Part shown: in pieces, positions 50,773 through 64,000 of the stretch
Numbering within the stretch: the stretch's first letter is position 1
Layout: every line of letters begins with the position of its first letter
From: Octopus sinensis
Lineage: Eukaryota
DNA: 64,000 bases
Direction: 5' to 3'
Assembly: GCF_006345805.1 (NCBI RefSeq)
Contig: NC_043005.1
Span: 91,388,001 to 91,452,000 of the forward strand
The notes under the pieces: generated by a model
Database searches by the model: none
What the model was told of the DNA's origin: nothing
Seen by the model: the letters and a program-made list of their open reading frames with translations, nothing else
Position numbers and translations under genes: made by a program

Positions 50773-51945
50773 TGTATGTATATATATATGTATGTATATA
50801 TATATGTATGTATATATATATGTATGTATATATATATGTATGTATGTATATATGTATGTATATATATATGTATATATATATGTATGTATATATATATGTA
50901 TATATGTATGTATATATATATGTATATATGTATGTATATATATATGTATGTGTATGTATATATGTATGTGTATGTATATGTATGTATAAATGTATGTATG
51001 TATGTATGTATAAATGTATGTATGTATGTATGTATGTATATATATATATGTATGTATAAATGTATGTATATATATATGTATGTATGTATATATATATATG
51101 TATGTATAAATGTATGTATATATATATGTATGTATAAATGTATGTATGTATGTATATATATATGTATGTATAAATGTATGTATGTATGTATATATATATG
51201 TATGTATAAATGTATGTATGTATGTATATATGTATAAATGTATGTATGTATGTATATATGTATATATATATGTATGTATGTATATATGTGTATGTATATA
51301 TGTGTATGTATATATGTGTGTATATATGTGTATGTATATATGTGTATGTATATATGTGTATGTATATATGTGTATATATATATGTGTGTATATATATATA
51401 TATATATGTGTATATATATATGTGTGTATATATATATATATGTGTATATATATATGTGTATATATATATGTGTGTGTATATATATATATGTGTATATATA
51501 TGTGTGTGTGTATATATATATATGTGTATGTATATATGTGTATGTATATATGTGTATATATATGTATGTGTGTATGTATATATGTGTATGTATATATGTG
51601 TATGTATATATATGCGTATATGTATATATATATATATGCATATATGTATATATATATATATGCGTATATGTATATATATATATATATATGCGTATATGTA
51701 TATATATATATATGCGTATATGTATATGTATATATATATATATGCGTATATGTATATATATATATATATATGCGTATATGTATATATATATATATATATG
51801 CGTATATGTATATATATATATATAATATATGCGTATATGTATATATATATATATATGCGTATATGTATATATATATATATATGCGTATATGTATATATAT
51901 ATATATATATGCGTCTATATATATATGTATGTATGTATGTATACA
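49815..51945. repeat. Compound (TA)n/(TATG)n/(TG)n microsatellite tract
   Basis: Direct inspection; further tracts at 47640-48130, 49075-49555, 52120-52685, 53080-53720 and 54300-55990. Confidence 0.98.
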
Positions 51946-51999
51946 TCGCTAGCCATTAGACCTTTATTATTTTCTCTCCCTGTTTATTTACTCATGTTC

Positions 52000-52035
52000 C
52001 TTTCTGTTGAAGAGCGTAGGCTCGAAAAGTAAAAG
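52000..52035 (+). ncRNA. Decayed minimal hammerhead-ribozyme-like motif
   Basis: cttt CTGTTGA a gagc-gtag-gctc GAAA ag TA aaag; helix I cttt/aaag, 4-bp helix II; A6>U core change. Confidence 0.5.
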
Positions 52036-52272
52036 ACTTTCTCATTTCCCGGGCGTTAAACTAATACATTTGTTTGTTGTTTACACACCTGTCATTCGTC
52101 TTTTGTTTTTTTGTAAATTCTCACTATATATGTATATATGTATGTATATATGTATGTATATGTGGATAAATGTATGTATTGTATATAGGAACGTCCAATA
52201 ACACAGTACTTGTACCACGTCCTCGCGTTGTTGTTTTTTTCTTGTTCTTGTTTGGATTGATTGTGTATATAT

Positions 52273-52327
<55 letters not shown>

Positions 52328-52619
52328 ATATATATAGATGTATGAATATATATATGTGTGTATATATATATGTATGTATATGTGTGTATATATATATGTA
52401 TGTATATATATCTACATATATATGTATGTATTTACATATATGTATATATATATATATGTATATACATGTGTATATATATATGTATGTGAGTATGTATATT
52501 TATGTATATATATATATATGTATATGTATGTGTATATATATATATATGTATATGTATATGTATGTGTATATATATATGTATATGTATGTGTATATTTATG
52601 TATATATATATATGTATAT

Positions 52620-52653
<34 letters not shown>

Positions 52654-52854
52654 GTACGTATTTATATGTATATATGTATGTATATGTGTTTATTCCAGTG
52701 CTTAGGAATAATATTGAAAAAATAAATAAACAGTTACCAGGGTAGCAGAAATTCACACAAGTAACAAGGATGTAACAAGTAACAATTTTCTAATGATAGG
52801 AACTCTGGGTTTAGGTGAAATCTTTTATATAATATTAATAAATAAATAAATGGA

Positions 52855-53070
52855 GTTTAAATGCAAGTGTTATTCAATTCTTTTACTTCCGACATGTTAC
52901 CTTATATGGAGTCATCACATTCTGTTAAATTGATGTGTTTGGTTTCTTTCTTTCCCTGATGAGAAGATTGCATTGTTTTACACCCATTTTATTCCTTCTG
53001 GAATAATACCAGTGTTGTCTTCGAAACATGGGTGAAGTAAAAGAATTTCAATAACACCTGCATTTAACTA
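52855..53070 (+). ncRNA. Inverted pair of hammerhead-like motifs (Penelope-like remnant)
   Basis: + strand: ttcc CTGATGA (52956-52962) gaaga...tcttc GAAA (53023-53026) catg. - strand 52886-52918: GTGATGA ctccatataag GTAA catg TC ggaag. Arms gaagtaaaagaatt..aataacac.tgcatttaa are shared in inverted orientation. Confidence 0.55.
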
Positions 53071-53112
53071 CATTCATTTATTTGTATATATGTATGTATA
53101 TATATATATGTT

Positions 53113-53159
<47 letters not shown>

Positions 53160-54485
53160 ATATATATGTGTGTGTGTATATATATGTGTGTATATATGTG
53201 TGTGTGTGTGTATATATATGTGTGTGTGTGTATATATATGTGTGTGTATATATATATATGTGTGAATGCATATATGTATATATATATATATGTGTGAATG
53301 CATATATATGTATATATATATATATGTGTGAATGCATATATGTATATATATAAATATATGTGTGTATATATATATGTATAGATATATACATATGTATATA
53401 TATACATATCTATATATACATATCTGTATGTATATGTATACATATATGTATGTATATGTATCTGTATATATGTATATCTGTATATATATGTATATCTGTA
53501 TATATATATATGTATATATATCTATGTATGTGTATATGTGTAGATATATGTGTGTATATATATGTATGTGTGTATATATATGTATGTATGTATAGATATA
53601 TGTATATCTGTATATATATGTATATCTGCATATATATATGTATATATTGATATGTGTTTATATATGTATGTATATATATGTGTGTGTGTGTATGTATGTA
53701 TATATATATATATATATATATTGATGAACAGATAGAGATTCAGTAAATTGTTTAATTTGATTAACTGTATTAACCAGTCAATGACTGAGAAGTCCAGAGA
53801 CCTTTGTCATTTCCGTAATTCTGCGGTAGAATCACCATGATGGAATGCACGATAAAGATGGGCTTTTTTTCAAAATGTCAAGTGAATTTCACCTGGTGAA
53901 CTTCTATACATTCTCTAGCCACACTGATTCACTTGCAAGTTATGGATCAGCTGAAGACGGTACAACATTACAACATTGTCCAACATTCCACTCTGTGGGA
54001 TCAAAGCCAGGACCTCATAAGTTGCAAAGCAAACTTTGCAGCTATTTCTACATATATGTCTGTAGTTATGTGCTTGTGTTTATATACAGAGTGTGGTAAA
54101 AAAGCTCGATGCATCATTCTCGATAAATGCTTTAACATCAAATGCACGGGTGTACACGAAACAAACGGTGAAGCAGTGGCTACATGAAAGCACCATTACT
54201 ACGAGCCTGAATTCACTTGTGCCTCAACAATGGCCATGTAGAAGATGGGACGTTTGTCTGCCACAGCTTCGTTTTATTTTGGTCTTTGTATGCTTATGTA
54301 GATATATATACATATATAGATATTTAGTATGGGGATATGTATAAAGACCTGTGTGTCTATGTGTATGTGTGTTTTTATGTTTATGTAAGTATATATATAT
54401 ATATATGTATATATTTATTATATATATGTATATATTTTATTTATATATATGTATATATTTTATTTATATATATATATGTATATAT

Positions 54486-54525
<40 letters not shown>

Positions 54526-54946
54526 ATATATATATATATTTATATATATATATATATTTTATATATATATATATATATTTTTATATATATATATATATTT
54601 TATATATATATATACATATTTTATATATATATATAGACATATTTTATATATCTATATATACATATTTTATATATATATAATATATATACATATTTTATAT
54701 ATATATACATATTTTATATATATATATACATATTTTATATATATACACATATTTTATATATATATACACATATTTTATATATATATATACATATTTTATA
54801 TATATATATATACCTATTTTATATATATATATACATATTTTATATATATATACATATTTTATATATATATATATATATATTTTATATATATAATATATTT
54901 TTATATATATATACATATTTTATATATATATATATATTTTATATAA

Positions 54947-54978
<32 letters not shown>

Positions 54979-55300
54979 ATATATTTTATATATATATATA
55001 ATATATTTTTATATATATATATTGTATATATATATATATGTTTTATATATATATATATGTTTTATATATATATATGTTTTATATATATATATATGTTTTA
55101 TATATATATATGTGTTTTATATATATATATATATATATATGTGTTTTATATATATATTATATATATATATGTGTTTTATATATATATATATATGTGTTTT
55201 ATATATATATATATATTATATATATTTATGTATTTAGATTTACATATATATATTTATATACACACGCATATATATATGCATACATATTTTATATATTTAT

Positions 55301-55353
<53 letters not shown>

Positions 55354-55897
55354 TACATTTGCATATATGTATGTCTACATACTTATTGATTTTATAGACA
55401 TCTATCCATATATGGTTATGTGAGTATGTATGTGTATTTATGTATATTTTCATACAATTATATATATATGTATCACTCTGTCTCTCCCTCTCTCTCTCTG
55501 GATATATATATATATATAATATATATACATACAAACAATTGCTATGTATGTGTACATACATATTTCATTATCCGTTTGGATGTGGAAATATGTATATATG
55601 CATGTATGGGTGTACGTATGCATATATGTCTCAATTTCCGCCACTCACTTACTCTCTCTCATATATATATATATATACACACATATACATAGACGTATGT
55701 GTGTGTATAAATATCTATATAGGAGTGTGTATTTGTGTATGTATATATATTTACACACACACTCGCACACAAAGTGTAGTAAAAAGCATATGAGCATAAA
55801 ATTCATGTTTATTCTCTACAACTCTTTCAGTAGAATAAAAACACCATCTGTATAATTACATAATTAACATTCATAATCAATTCATACACACATCCAG

Positions 55898-55958
<61 letters not shown>

Positions 55959-55983
55959 GTATATGTATGTATGTTTATGTATA

Positions 55984-56523
55984 TATGTGTGTGTTTGAAT
56001 ATATGCATGTGTATATATGCATAAATGTTTTTTTTTCTAAAGCCAAAACAATGCAAGTTATAAAAAATGAATAATACAGGTCAATGGTTGTTACTATTAC
56101 GAGGTAATAGTACTGATCATAGACCTTTACTTCTGATAACATGCAGTGGTCTGGCTTTCTAAAAAATGTATTTAAAATATACCTATATGTATACACACAC
56201 ACACACACACACCACACACCACACACACATATATATGTGTGTGTGTATGTATATGAAATTATACATCTCTAATATTAGTATCTTTCTCTCTCTCTCTCCT
56301 CTCCCTATATATATATATATGTGTGTGTGTGAATATATGCATGTGTATATATGCATAAATGTTTTTTTTTCTAAAGCCAAAACAATGCAAGTTATAAAAA
56401 ATGAATAATACAGGTCAATGGTTGTTACTATTACGAGGTAATAGTACTGATCATAGACCTTTACTTCTGATAACATGCAGTGGTCTGGCTTTCTAAAAAA
56501 TGTATTTAAAATATACCTATATG

Positions 56524-56568
<45 letters not shown>

Positions 56569-56637
56569 GTGTGTGTGTATGTATATGAAATTATACATCT
56601 CTAATATTAGTATCTTTCTCTCTCTCTCTCCTCTCCC

Positions 56638-56655
<18 letters not shown>
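55984..56655. repeat. Direct tandem duplication, two copies of ~334 bp
   Basis: gaatatatgcatgtg at 55997 and 56331; non-microsatellite parts are essentially identical. Confidence 0.92.
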
Positions 56656-56668
<13 letters not shown>

Positions 56669-56767
56669 ATGTATGTATGTATATTTATATATATATATTT
56701 ACATGCACATAGTTATGTATTTAAATGTGTACATGTATGTATGTGTGTGTGTGTGTGTGTGTGTGCA

Positions 56768-56807
<40 letters not shown>

Positions 56808-58196
56808 ATGTCTATCATGTACATAATGCACACACTCACTCCCTCTCTCACTATTCCCCTTTATGCAACACTAATGCTTGATCCAGCCAGTCGCCTGTTG
56901 GACCTTCGTAACAAGTGCTAGGCTAATTCTGCTGCTGTTTTTATATACACATTTTATATTTTCATGAATGCCATTTTAAATATCATTGCAGAGTAATTTT
57001 TACACTTTTTTGCCTTAACAATAATACTAATGATGATAATAATAATAATAATAATGATTATAATATTAATAACAGTAAGACAAAAACTTTTCTTTATTAG
57101 AGACCATGCAGTCAATAATTGAGTTTAGATTTCCCCGCCATCCCACCCAGTGATCACTATGTCTACCACCACCACACAACTTACTACTTACATTGTCCAG
57201 TCTATTATTGTTTCACTTTCTTTGTCTCTCCCTCTTTCTCCCCACCTCACCCTCTCCTTGTATAATGTAACAAACTATGGGAATATTTTAACACATTTGT
57301 GTGGTGGTTTCTGGCAGAGGTAGAGTGGTGAATATTCTTTCTTTTTCTCCCCTCCCTAAATACTGTTTGAAAGAAAAAAATGAAAATTTCAGGTAAAAGA
57401 GAAAACTTTTTCTTGAAAAGAATATCAAAACAGTTTCTTTTTTTTCTTCCTTAGTTTGCTAACTTGATCTGACGATGTGTGTAGGTGGGAGGGTGGGGAC
57501 CATTCGGGTGTAAAGTTCATTCTGAAATATATGCTGGATTATAGAGGAAACAAAACAAAACTGCTCTTCATCTCTCTAGGTCTCTTTGTTTTTAATTTTC
57601 TGCCTTTCATTCTTTTTTTCCTTCCCTCTCTCTATTTCTCTCTTTATCATCTCTCATATTTTATCTGTCTGTTGAATTTACTTCAGTAATCAGTAATCAG
57701 TTTTGGTTTTTTTTTTGTATATTTTGCTTTTTTTATTTTGATTTGATGCATTTGCTGGAACAGTAAACCTCTGTCTTTTCTCTTTCTTCCTACCCATGTA
57801 TCATGGTGTTCTCTTCTTCAACACTACCACATCTGCCCTCCTTTCTTCTCTTTCACATTAAATATTCTCACTGTTCCTCTATCTTTCTTTGTGTGTAATC
57901 TAGCAAATTCAGGTAGCTATGATTTGTTTTGTAAAAATCAGCTGCTGTTTACTACCACTACTATTAAGCTGGTAGAGTGAAAGAACTTGTGGAGCATTGG
58001 ATTAAATCAAATTCCTCACTGTATTTAGATTTGGCTCTCGACATACTGAACTTAAAATTCTGCCAACTTAGACTTTCATACCTTCAGTGTCAATAAAATT
58101 AATACCAGCCATTTGCTATAAAATCAATTCTATTGACTATGCCCTTCTACAAATCTGCGGCCTTGTGCCAATGTAAAGAATCTTTCTTTTAATTGA

Positions 58197-58227
<31 letters not shown>

Positions 58228-59496
58228 GTGGAGTGGCAATAAATGTGGAGCACCAGACTAAATGCCTTACTGTATTTAGATTTTTTAAAATTATTATTAT
58301 TTATTTGTATAGTTTTGTCTCTAAGTTCTATAAGTTCTGAATTCAACCTATCCTTCAAAACTGACTTTACCTTTCCTCTTTCTAGGATTGGTAAAATGGG
58401 TACCAGGCATACATTTGGGGTCAAATGAATTGTACTCCTGTACTCCTCCCTCTCAAATCAGGCTTTGTGCCAACGTAAGAAATCATTTTTGTTATTGTTG
58501 TTGTCCAAGTAGTGGTATAAGTTCTTAGCAAACCTTGTCTGTGGCTTGGTTTCTATTCCCAGTTAAAGCCTCCTTCACTTTGCTTCAGTCACTAATCTTC
58601 TTCAGAATGTATGAATATCACAACTTCTCACTTCCTCATCAGAGAAAACCCTGTTTCAATTCCTTGTCGGAATTTCTTTGCTAATACAAGATATCCTTGA
58701 GAAAAAAACATATGCATTACAAACTCCTGTTTCCCTTCTTCTATAAACCTTTAGAATAATGCCTAAATTGAAAGATTATTATTATAATTGTGGTGGCTGC
58801 CACAGTATGGCAGTATATTCTTAAAAGAATTATGTGGACAAAATTGCATGCTTTATGTTTTACTTGGGGGAGGCATGAACATCATACTTTCCCAGTTATC
58901 CCCCTTTATCATCTGAAGATTTTGTTTAATTAAGAAATCATCATGGTTATAATTTTTATGATTGATGCTTATGGCAATGGATGATTTAAGGAACTTCTCT
59001 GTTCTGTGTTCAAATCTTCTCAGGGTTGTATATGCCTTTTATTCATCCTTCTAGGATCAGTAGGAACAAGTAAGATAACAGGATTAATCTAATCTACTAT
59101 TAGAGGATTTCAATAGCTGAATGGAGATGATAGTGTTGCTTTCTCATCTGAAGGGCTTGCAAGGTCCTATCTCATTATTGTGAAAGCAAAGTGACTGTGA
59201 GGATTACATACTGGAGTACCAGCTCAAAGGTTTTTGAATTCAATATTCCACTGCAGGCATTTCATTGTATATTTGTGCTGTACAATTTAATTCTACTGCC
59301 TCAGTTGACCTTCTGTCAAGAATAGGTACCAGTTCAAATGTAAATGTTGCCTGCAATAGATCAACAACCTATTCCAGTTGGTAGCTTGTCTCTTTTGCTT
59401 AATGCCTTGGAGTTAAAGTTATGTACTAGCCATAATAATATTTATTGTAGGGGTGGGGCTTAGGAAACAGTTTGTTTTATGCCATCACTAGCGTGT

Positions 59497-59596
59497 NNNN
59501 NNNNNNNNNNNNNNNNNNNNNNNNNNNNNNNNNNNNNNNNNNNNNNNNNNNNNNNNNNNNNNNNNNNNNNNNNNNNNNNNNNNNNNNNNNNNNNNN
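59497..59596. other. Assembly gap (100 N)
   Basis: Run of 100 n. Confidence 0.99.
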
Positions 59597-60937
59597 CCTG
59601 TTGAGGCAGAGGCAAGTGTGTGACACTTTGTCAAGACCTGTTGAGGCAGAGGCAAGTGTGTGACACTTGTGAAGACCTGTTGAGGCAAGTGTGTGACACT
59701 TGTGTAGACCTGTTGAGGCAAGTGAAAATCAAAATCAAATCAAATCAAATCAAACCAATCAAATAGATGAACATCAATGGAATTTGTATCTTGTGGTACC
59801 AGTACCGGTGGCACAAGAAGACCATCCGACGTGGCCGTAGCCAGACCGCATGACTGGCCTCTGTGATGTGGGCACATAACAAACCCATCCGATCGTGGCC
59901 GTCCGCCAGCCTCATCTGGCACCTGTGTCGGTGGCACATAAAAACACCAACCGAAGACCTGGCAAGACTAGTCAGGCCATAACCCGTGGCCCCTACTTGG
60001 GACGTAGTCAGTCCACCTGTGCATACCTTCCTTCCTTCTTGTGACACTTGTGAAGACCTGTGAAGACCTGTTGAGGCAAGTGAAAATCAAATCAAATCAA
60101 ATCAAAATAGATGAACATCAATGAATTTGTATCTTTGTGGTACCAGTGCCGGTGGCACACAAGAAAACCATCCGAACGTGGCCGTAGCCAGTACCGCATT
60201 GACTGGCCTCCGTGCTGTGGGCACGCAACAAACACCATCCGATCGTGGCCGTTCGCCAGCCTCATCTGGCACCTGTGTCGGTGGCACATAAAAACACCAT
60301 CCGAAGACCCGGCAAGACTAGTCAGGCCATAACCCGTGGCCCCTACCTGGGACGTAGTCAGTCCACCTGTGCATACCTTCCTTCATGTGACACTTGTGAA
60401 GACCTGTTGAGGCAAGTGAAAATCAAAAATCAAATCAAATCAAAACAAATCAAAATAGATGAACATCAATGGAATTTGTATCTTTGTGGTACCAGTGCCG
60501 GTGGCACACAAGAATCATCCGAACGTGGCCGTAGCCAGTACCGCATAGGCTGGCCTCCGTGCTTGGGGACGTAACAAAACCATCCGATCGTGGCCGTCCG
60601 CCAGCCTCATCTGGCACCTGTGTCGGTGGCACATAAAAACACCATCCGAGCGTGGCCGTCTGCCAGCCTCGTCTGGCACCTGTGTCGGTGGCACATAAAA
60701 AACACCATCCGAGCGTGGCCGTTCGCCAGCCTCGTCTGGCACCTATGTCGGTGGCACATAAAATCACCCACTACACTCTCGGAGTGGTTGGCGTTAGGAA
60801 GGGCATCCAGCTGTAGAAACACTGCCAGATCTGACTGGCCTGGTGCAGCCTTCGGGCTCCCCAGACCCCAGTTGAACCGTCCAACCCATGCTAGCATGGA
60901 AAACGGACGCTAAATGATGATGATGATGATGATGATG
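59597..60937 (+). repeat. Tandem array of ~350-bp units derived from the RTE ORF end and 3'UTR, closed by a complete LINE 3' end
   Basis: Unit start gaagaccyggcaagactagtcaggcc at 59953 and 60303 (period 350); an earlier partial unit runs into the N gap; the last unit continues to the (GAT)n tail at 60937. Confidence 0.88.
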
Positions 60938-60940
60938 TAT

Positions 60941-60974
<34 letters not shown>

Positions 60975-62545
60975 GTATATGTATGTATGTATGTATGTAT
61001 ATATATGTATGTATGTATATATATATATATATGTATGTATGTATATATATATATGTATGTATGTATATATATATATGTATGTATGTATGTATGTATATAT
61101 ATGTATGTATGTATGTATATATATATATGTATGTATGTATGTATATATATATATGTATGTATGTATATATATATATGTATGTATGTATATATATATATGT
61201 ATGTATGTATATATATATATGTATGTATGTATGTATATATATATGTATGTATGCATGTATATATATATATGTATATATATATATGTATGTATGATATATA
61301 TATATGTATGTATATATATATATTATGTATGTATGTATATATATATAGTATATATTTTATGTATGTATATATATAGTATATATATATGATGTATGTATGG
61401 TATATATATGTATATATGTATGTATATATATATATGTATGTATATATATATATGTGTATATATGTATGTATGTTATGTATATATATGATGTATTGTATAA
61501 TATATGTATGTATGTATGTATATATATGTATATGTATATGTATGTATGTATATATATGTATATATATATGTATGTATGTATGTATATATATGTATATATA
61601 TATGTATGTATGTAGTATATATATATATGTATATATATATGTATGTATGTAGTATTATATATATGTATATATATATATGTATGTATGTTATATATATATA
61701 TGTATGTATGTATATATATATGTATGTATGTATGTATATATATATGTATGTATGTATGTATTATATATGTAGTAGTATGTATATATATGTATGTATGTAT
61801 GTATGTATATATATATGTATTGTAATATGTATGATATATATGTATGTGTATATATATGTATGTATGTATGTATATATGTATGTATATATGTATGTAGTAT
61901 GTATATATATATGTATGTATGTATATATATATGTATGTATGTATGTATATATAATGTATGTATATATGTATGTATATATGTATGTATATATGTATGTATA
62001 TATATATGTATGTATGTATGTATGTATATATGTATGTATATATGTATTATATATATATGTATGTATGTATGTATATGTATGTATTATGTATGTATATATA
62101 TATATGTATGTATGATTATATATATGTATATATATGGGATGTATATATGTATGTATGTATATATGTATGTATGTATATATGTATGTATGTATATATGTAT
62201 GTATGTATATATGTATGTATGTTTATGTTGTATGTATGTAATATATATGTATGTATGTATGTATATATGTATGTATATATGTATATATGTAATATATATA
62301 TGTATGTATGTATGTCTATATATGTATGTATGTATATATATATATGTATGTATATGTATGTATATTATATATATGTATGTATATATGTATGTATATGTAT
62401 GTATATATATATATGTATATATATGTATGTATATATATAGATATATAGTATATTATGTATGTATATATATATATATATATGTTGTATATATATATGTATA
62501 TAATATGTATGTATATATTATATGTATGTATATATATGTATGTAT

Positions 62546-62617
<72 letters not shown>

Positions 62618-62944
62618 TATGTATGTATATATATATGTATGTATATATGTATGTATATATATTATATGTATGTATATATATATATATATATGTATGTATA
62701 TATTATATCTGTATATATATATATGTATGTATATATATATATATGTATGTATATTATTATATATATGTATGTATATATATATATGTATGTATTATATATT
62801 ATGTATATATATATTATATATATATGTATATATTATATATATGTATGTATATATAATATATATTGTATGTATATATATATATATGTTGTATATATATATG
62901 TATGTATATATATATGTATGTATGTCTATATAGTATATATGTTG

Positions 62945-63007
<63 letters not shown>

Positions 63008-63090
63008 GTATATATATGTATGTATGTATATGTATGTATGTATATGTATATGTATGTATGTATATATATATGTATGTATGTATATATATG

Positions 63091-63122
<32 letters not shown>

Positions 63123-63252
63123 TGTATGTATGTATATATATATGTATGTATGTATGTATATATATATGTATGTATGTATAGATATATGTATGTATATATG
63201 TATGTATGTATGTATATATATGTATATATATATATACGTATGTATATATATG
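60938..63252. repeat. Compound (TA)n/(TATG)n microsatellite tract (~2.3 kb) between the RTE tail and the CR1 tail
   Basis: Direct inspection. Confidence 0.98.
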
Positions 63253-64000
63253 TACTTACTTTGATACTTTGATAGGTTTCGGCCATTATTGGCCCAGGCC
63301 ATGTCTAACTTAATAGCACCACCTGGTGAAGTCTTTCAAGTCAGAATTTGGGCACTATGGCCCACTCAAGTAGAGAGTTATTGTTTACAGAGATATCCGG
63401 GGGTGTAGGGGGTTTATCCGGGATTTCTTGAAGGAATCTGTCCAAAGACTTCTTGAACCCTATAGGGTCAGTTTCTGTTTTAATGTGTTGTTTTGGTGTA
63501 ATGTTAAAGAGAGAGCGGGGCCAATTGAGGTGAAATAATTGTGCCGTATTGTTGTTGTTATGAGATAAGAGTGCGATTTTTGTTTGGGCGGATGGCACGG
63601 GCCCAAGCCTTGGATGTACCCTAAAGGTGATGCCAACATCATTTGGGCAATGCTGATGGAATATTTTCCACATCATGCAGATGATGTAGCGCTCACGACG
63701 ACGTTGGAGAGAATAAAGTTTTAGCTTTTCTAGTCGACCCCAATAGTCGAGGTCTGTCATGCCATCTATCTTTTTTGTGATTGCCCTTTGAGGTGCTTCA
63801 ACTTTTATGATACCTTGTATTGTGTGGGGAGACCACAGTGGACAACAGTATTCAAGGTGGGGTCGGGCAAAAGTGGAGAAGGGAAGGATAATGGTGTGGA
63901 TATCTCTCGACTGGAAAGTTCTGAGAATCCAGGAACACATTCTGCGGGCCATGTCAACTTTGGTGTTTATATGAGTGGCCCAGCTTATGTTGTTGTCCAC
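63253..64000 (-). mobile_element. 3' end of a CR1/L2-group LINE (C-terminal ORF2, short 3'UTR); continues beyond the window
   Basis: RPHLEYCCPLWSPH and YWGRLEKLKLYSLQRRRERY motifs; stop at 63341-63343; tail TATCAAAG x2 + TAAGTA next to a microsatellite. Confidence 0.85.

Overview
This is AT-rich, repeat-dense metazoan DNA; the SINE families and very long (TA)n/(TATG)n tracts suggest a coleoid cephalopod, probably Octopus (inference). The only host gene I can support is an R-Ras2/TC21-type small GTPase on the + strand. Coding exons 2-6 lie at 17530-47362 with GT-AG introns and end in the CaaX motif CCIL; exon 1 was not found in the window. The rest is mostly transposable elements: (1) an RTE-clade LINE family with one open 1048-codon APE+RT ORF (32444-35590, -), three truncated coding copies and about ten 3'-end fragments; (2) a second RTE-like fragment and a CR1-like 3' fragment; (3) a decayed Tigger/pogo transposase; (4) two long-TIR MITEs; (5) Helitron- and Helentron-type non-autonomous elements; (6) many tRNA-derived SINEs. 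The most notable observations are a C4HC3 PHD-type finger inserted inside the LINE reverse transcriptase between motifs 6 and 7, a modular double-hairpin repeat array in the LINE 3'UTR, a 350-bp tandem array derived from that 3'UTR next to a 100-N gap, and five hammerhead-ribozyme-like motifs (Penelope-like, partly decayed, two inverted pairs) 2-6 kb downstream of the Ras stop codon. The long YI/HT/MYV ORFs are microsatellite artefacts. No database searches were run, so family names rest on motif recognition.
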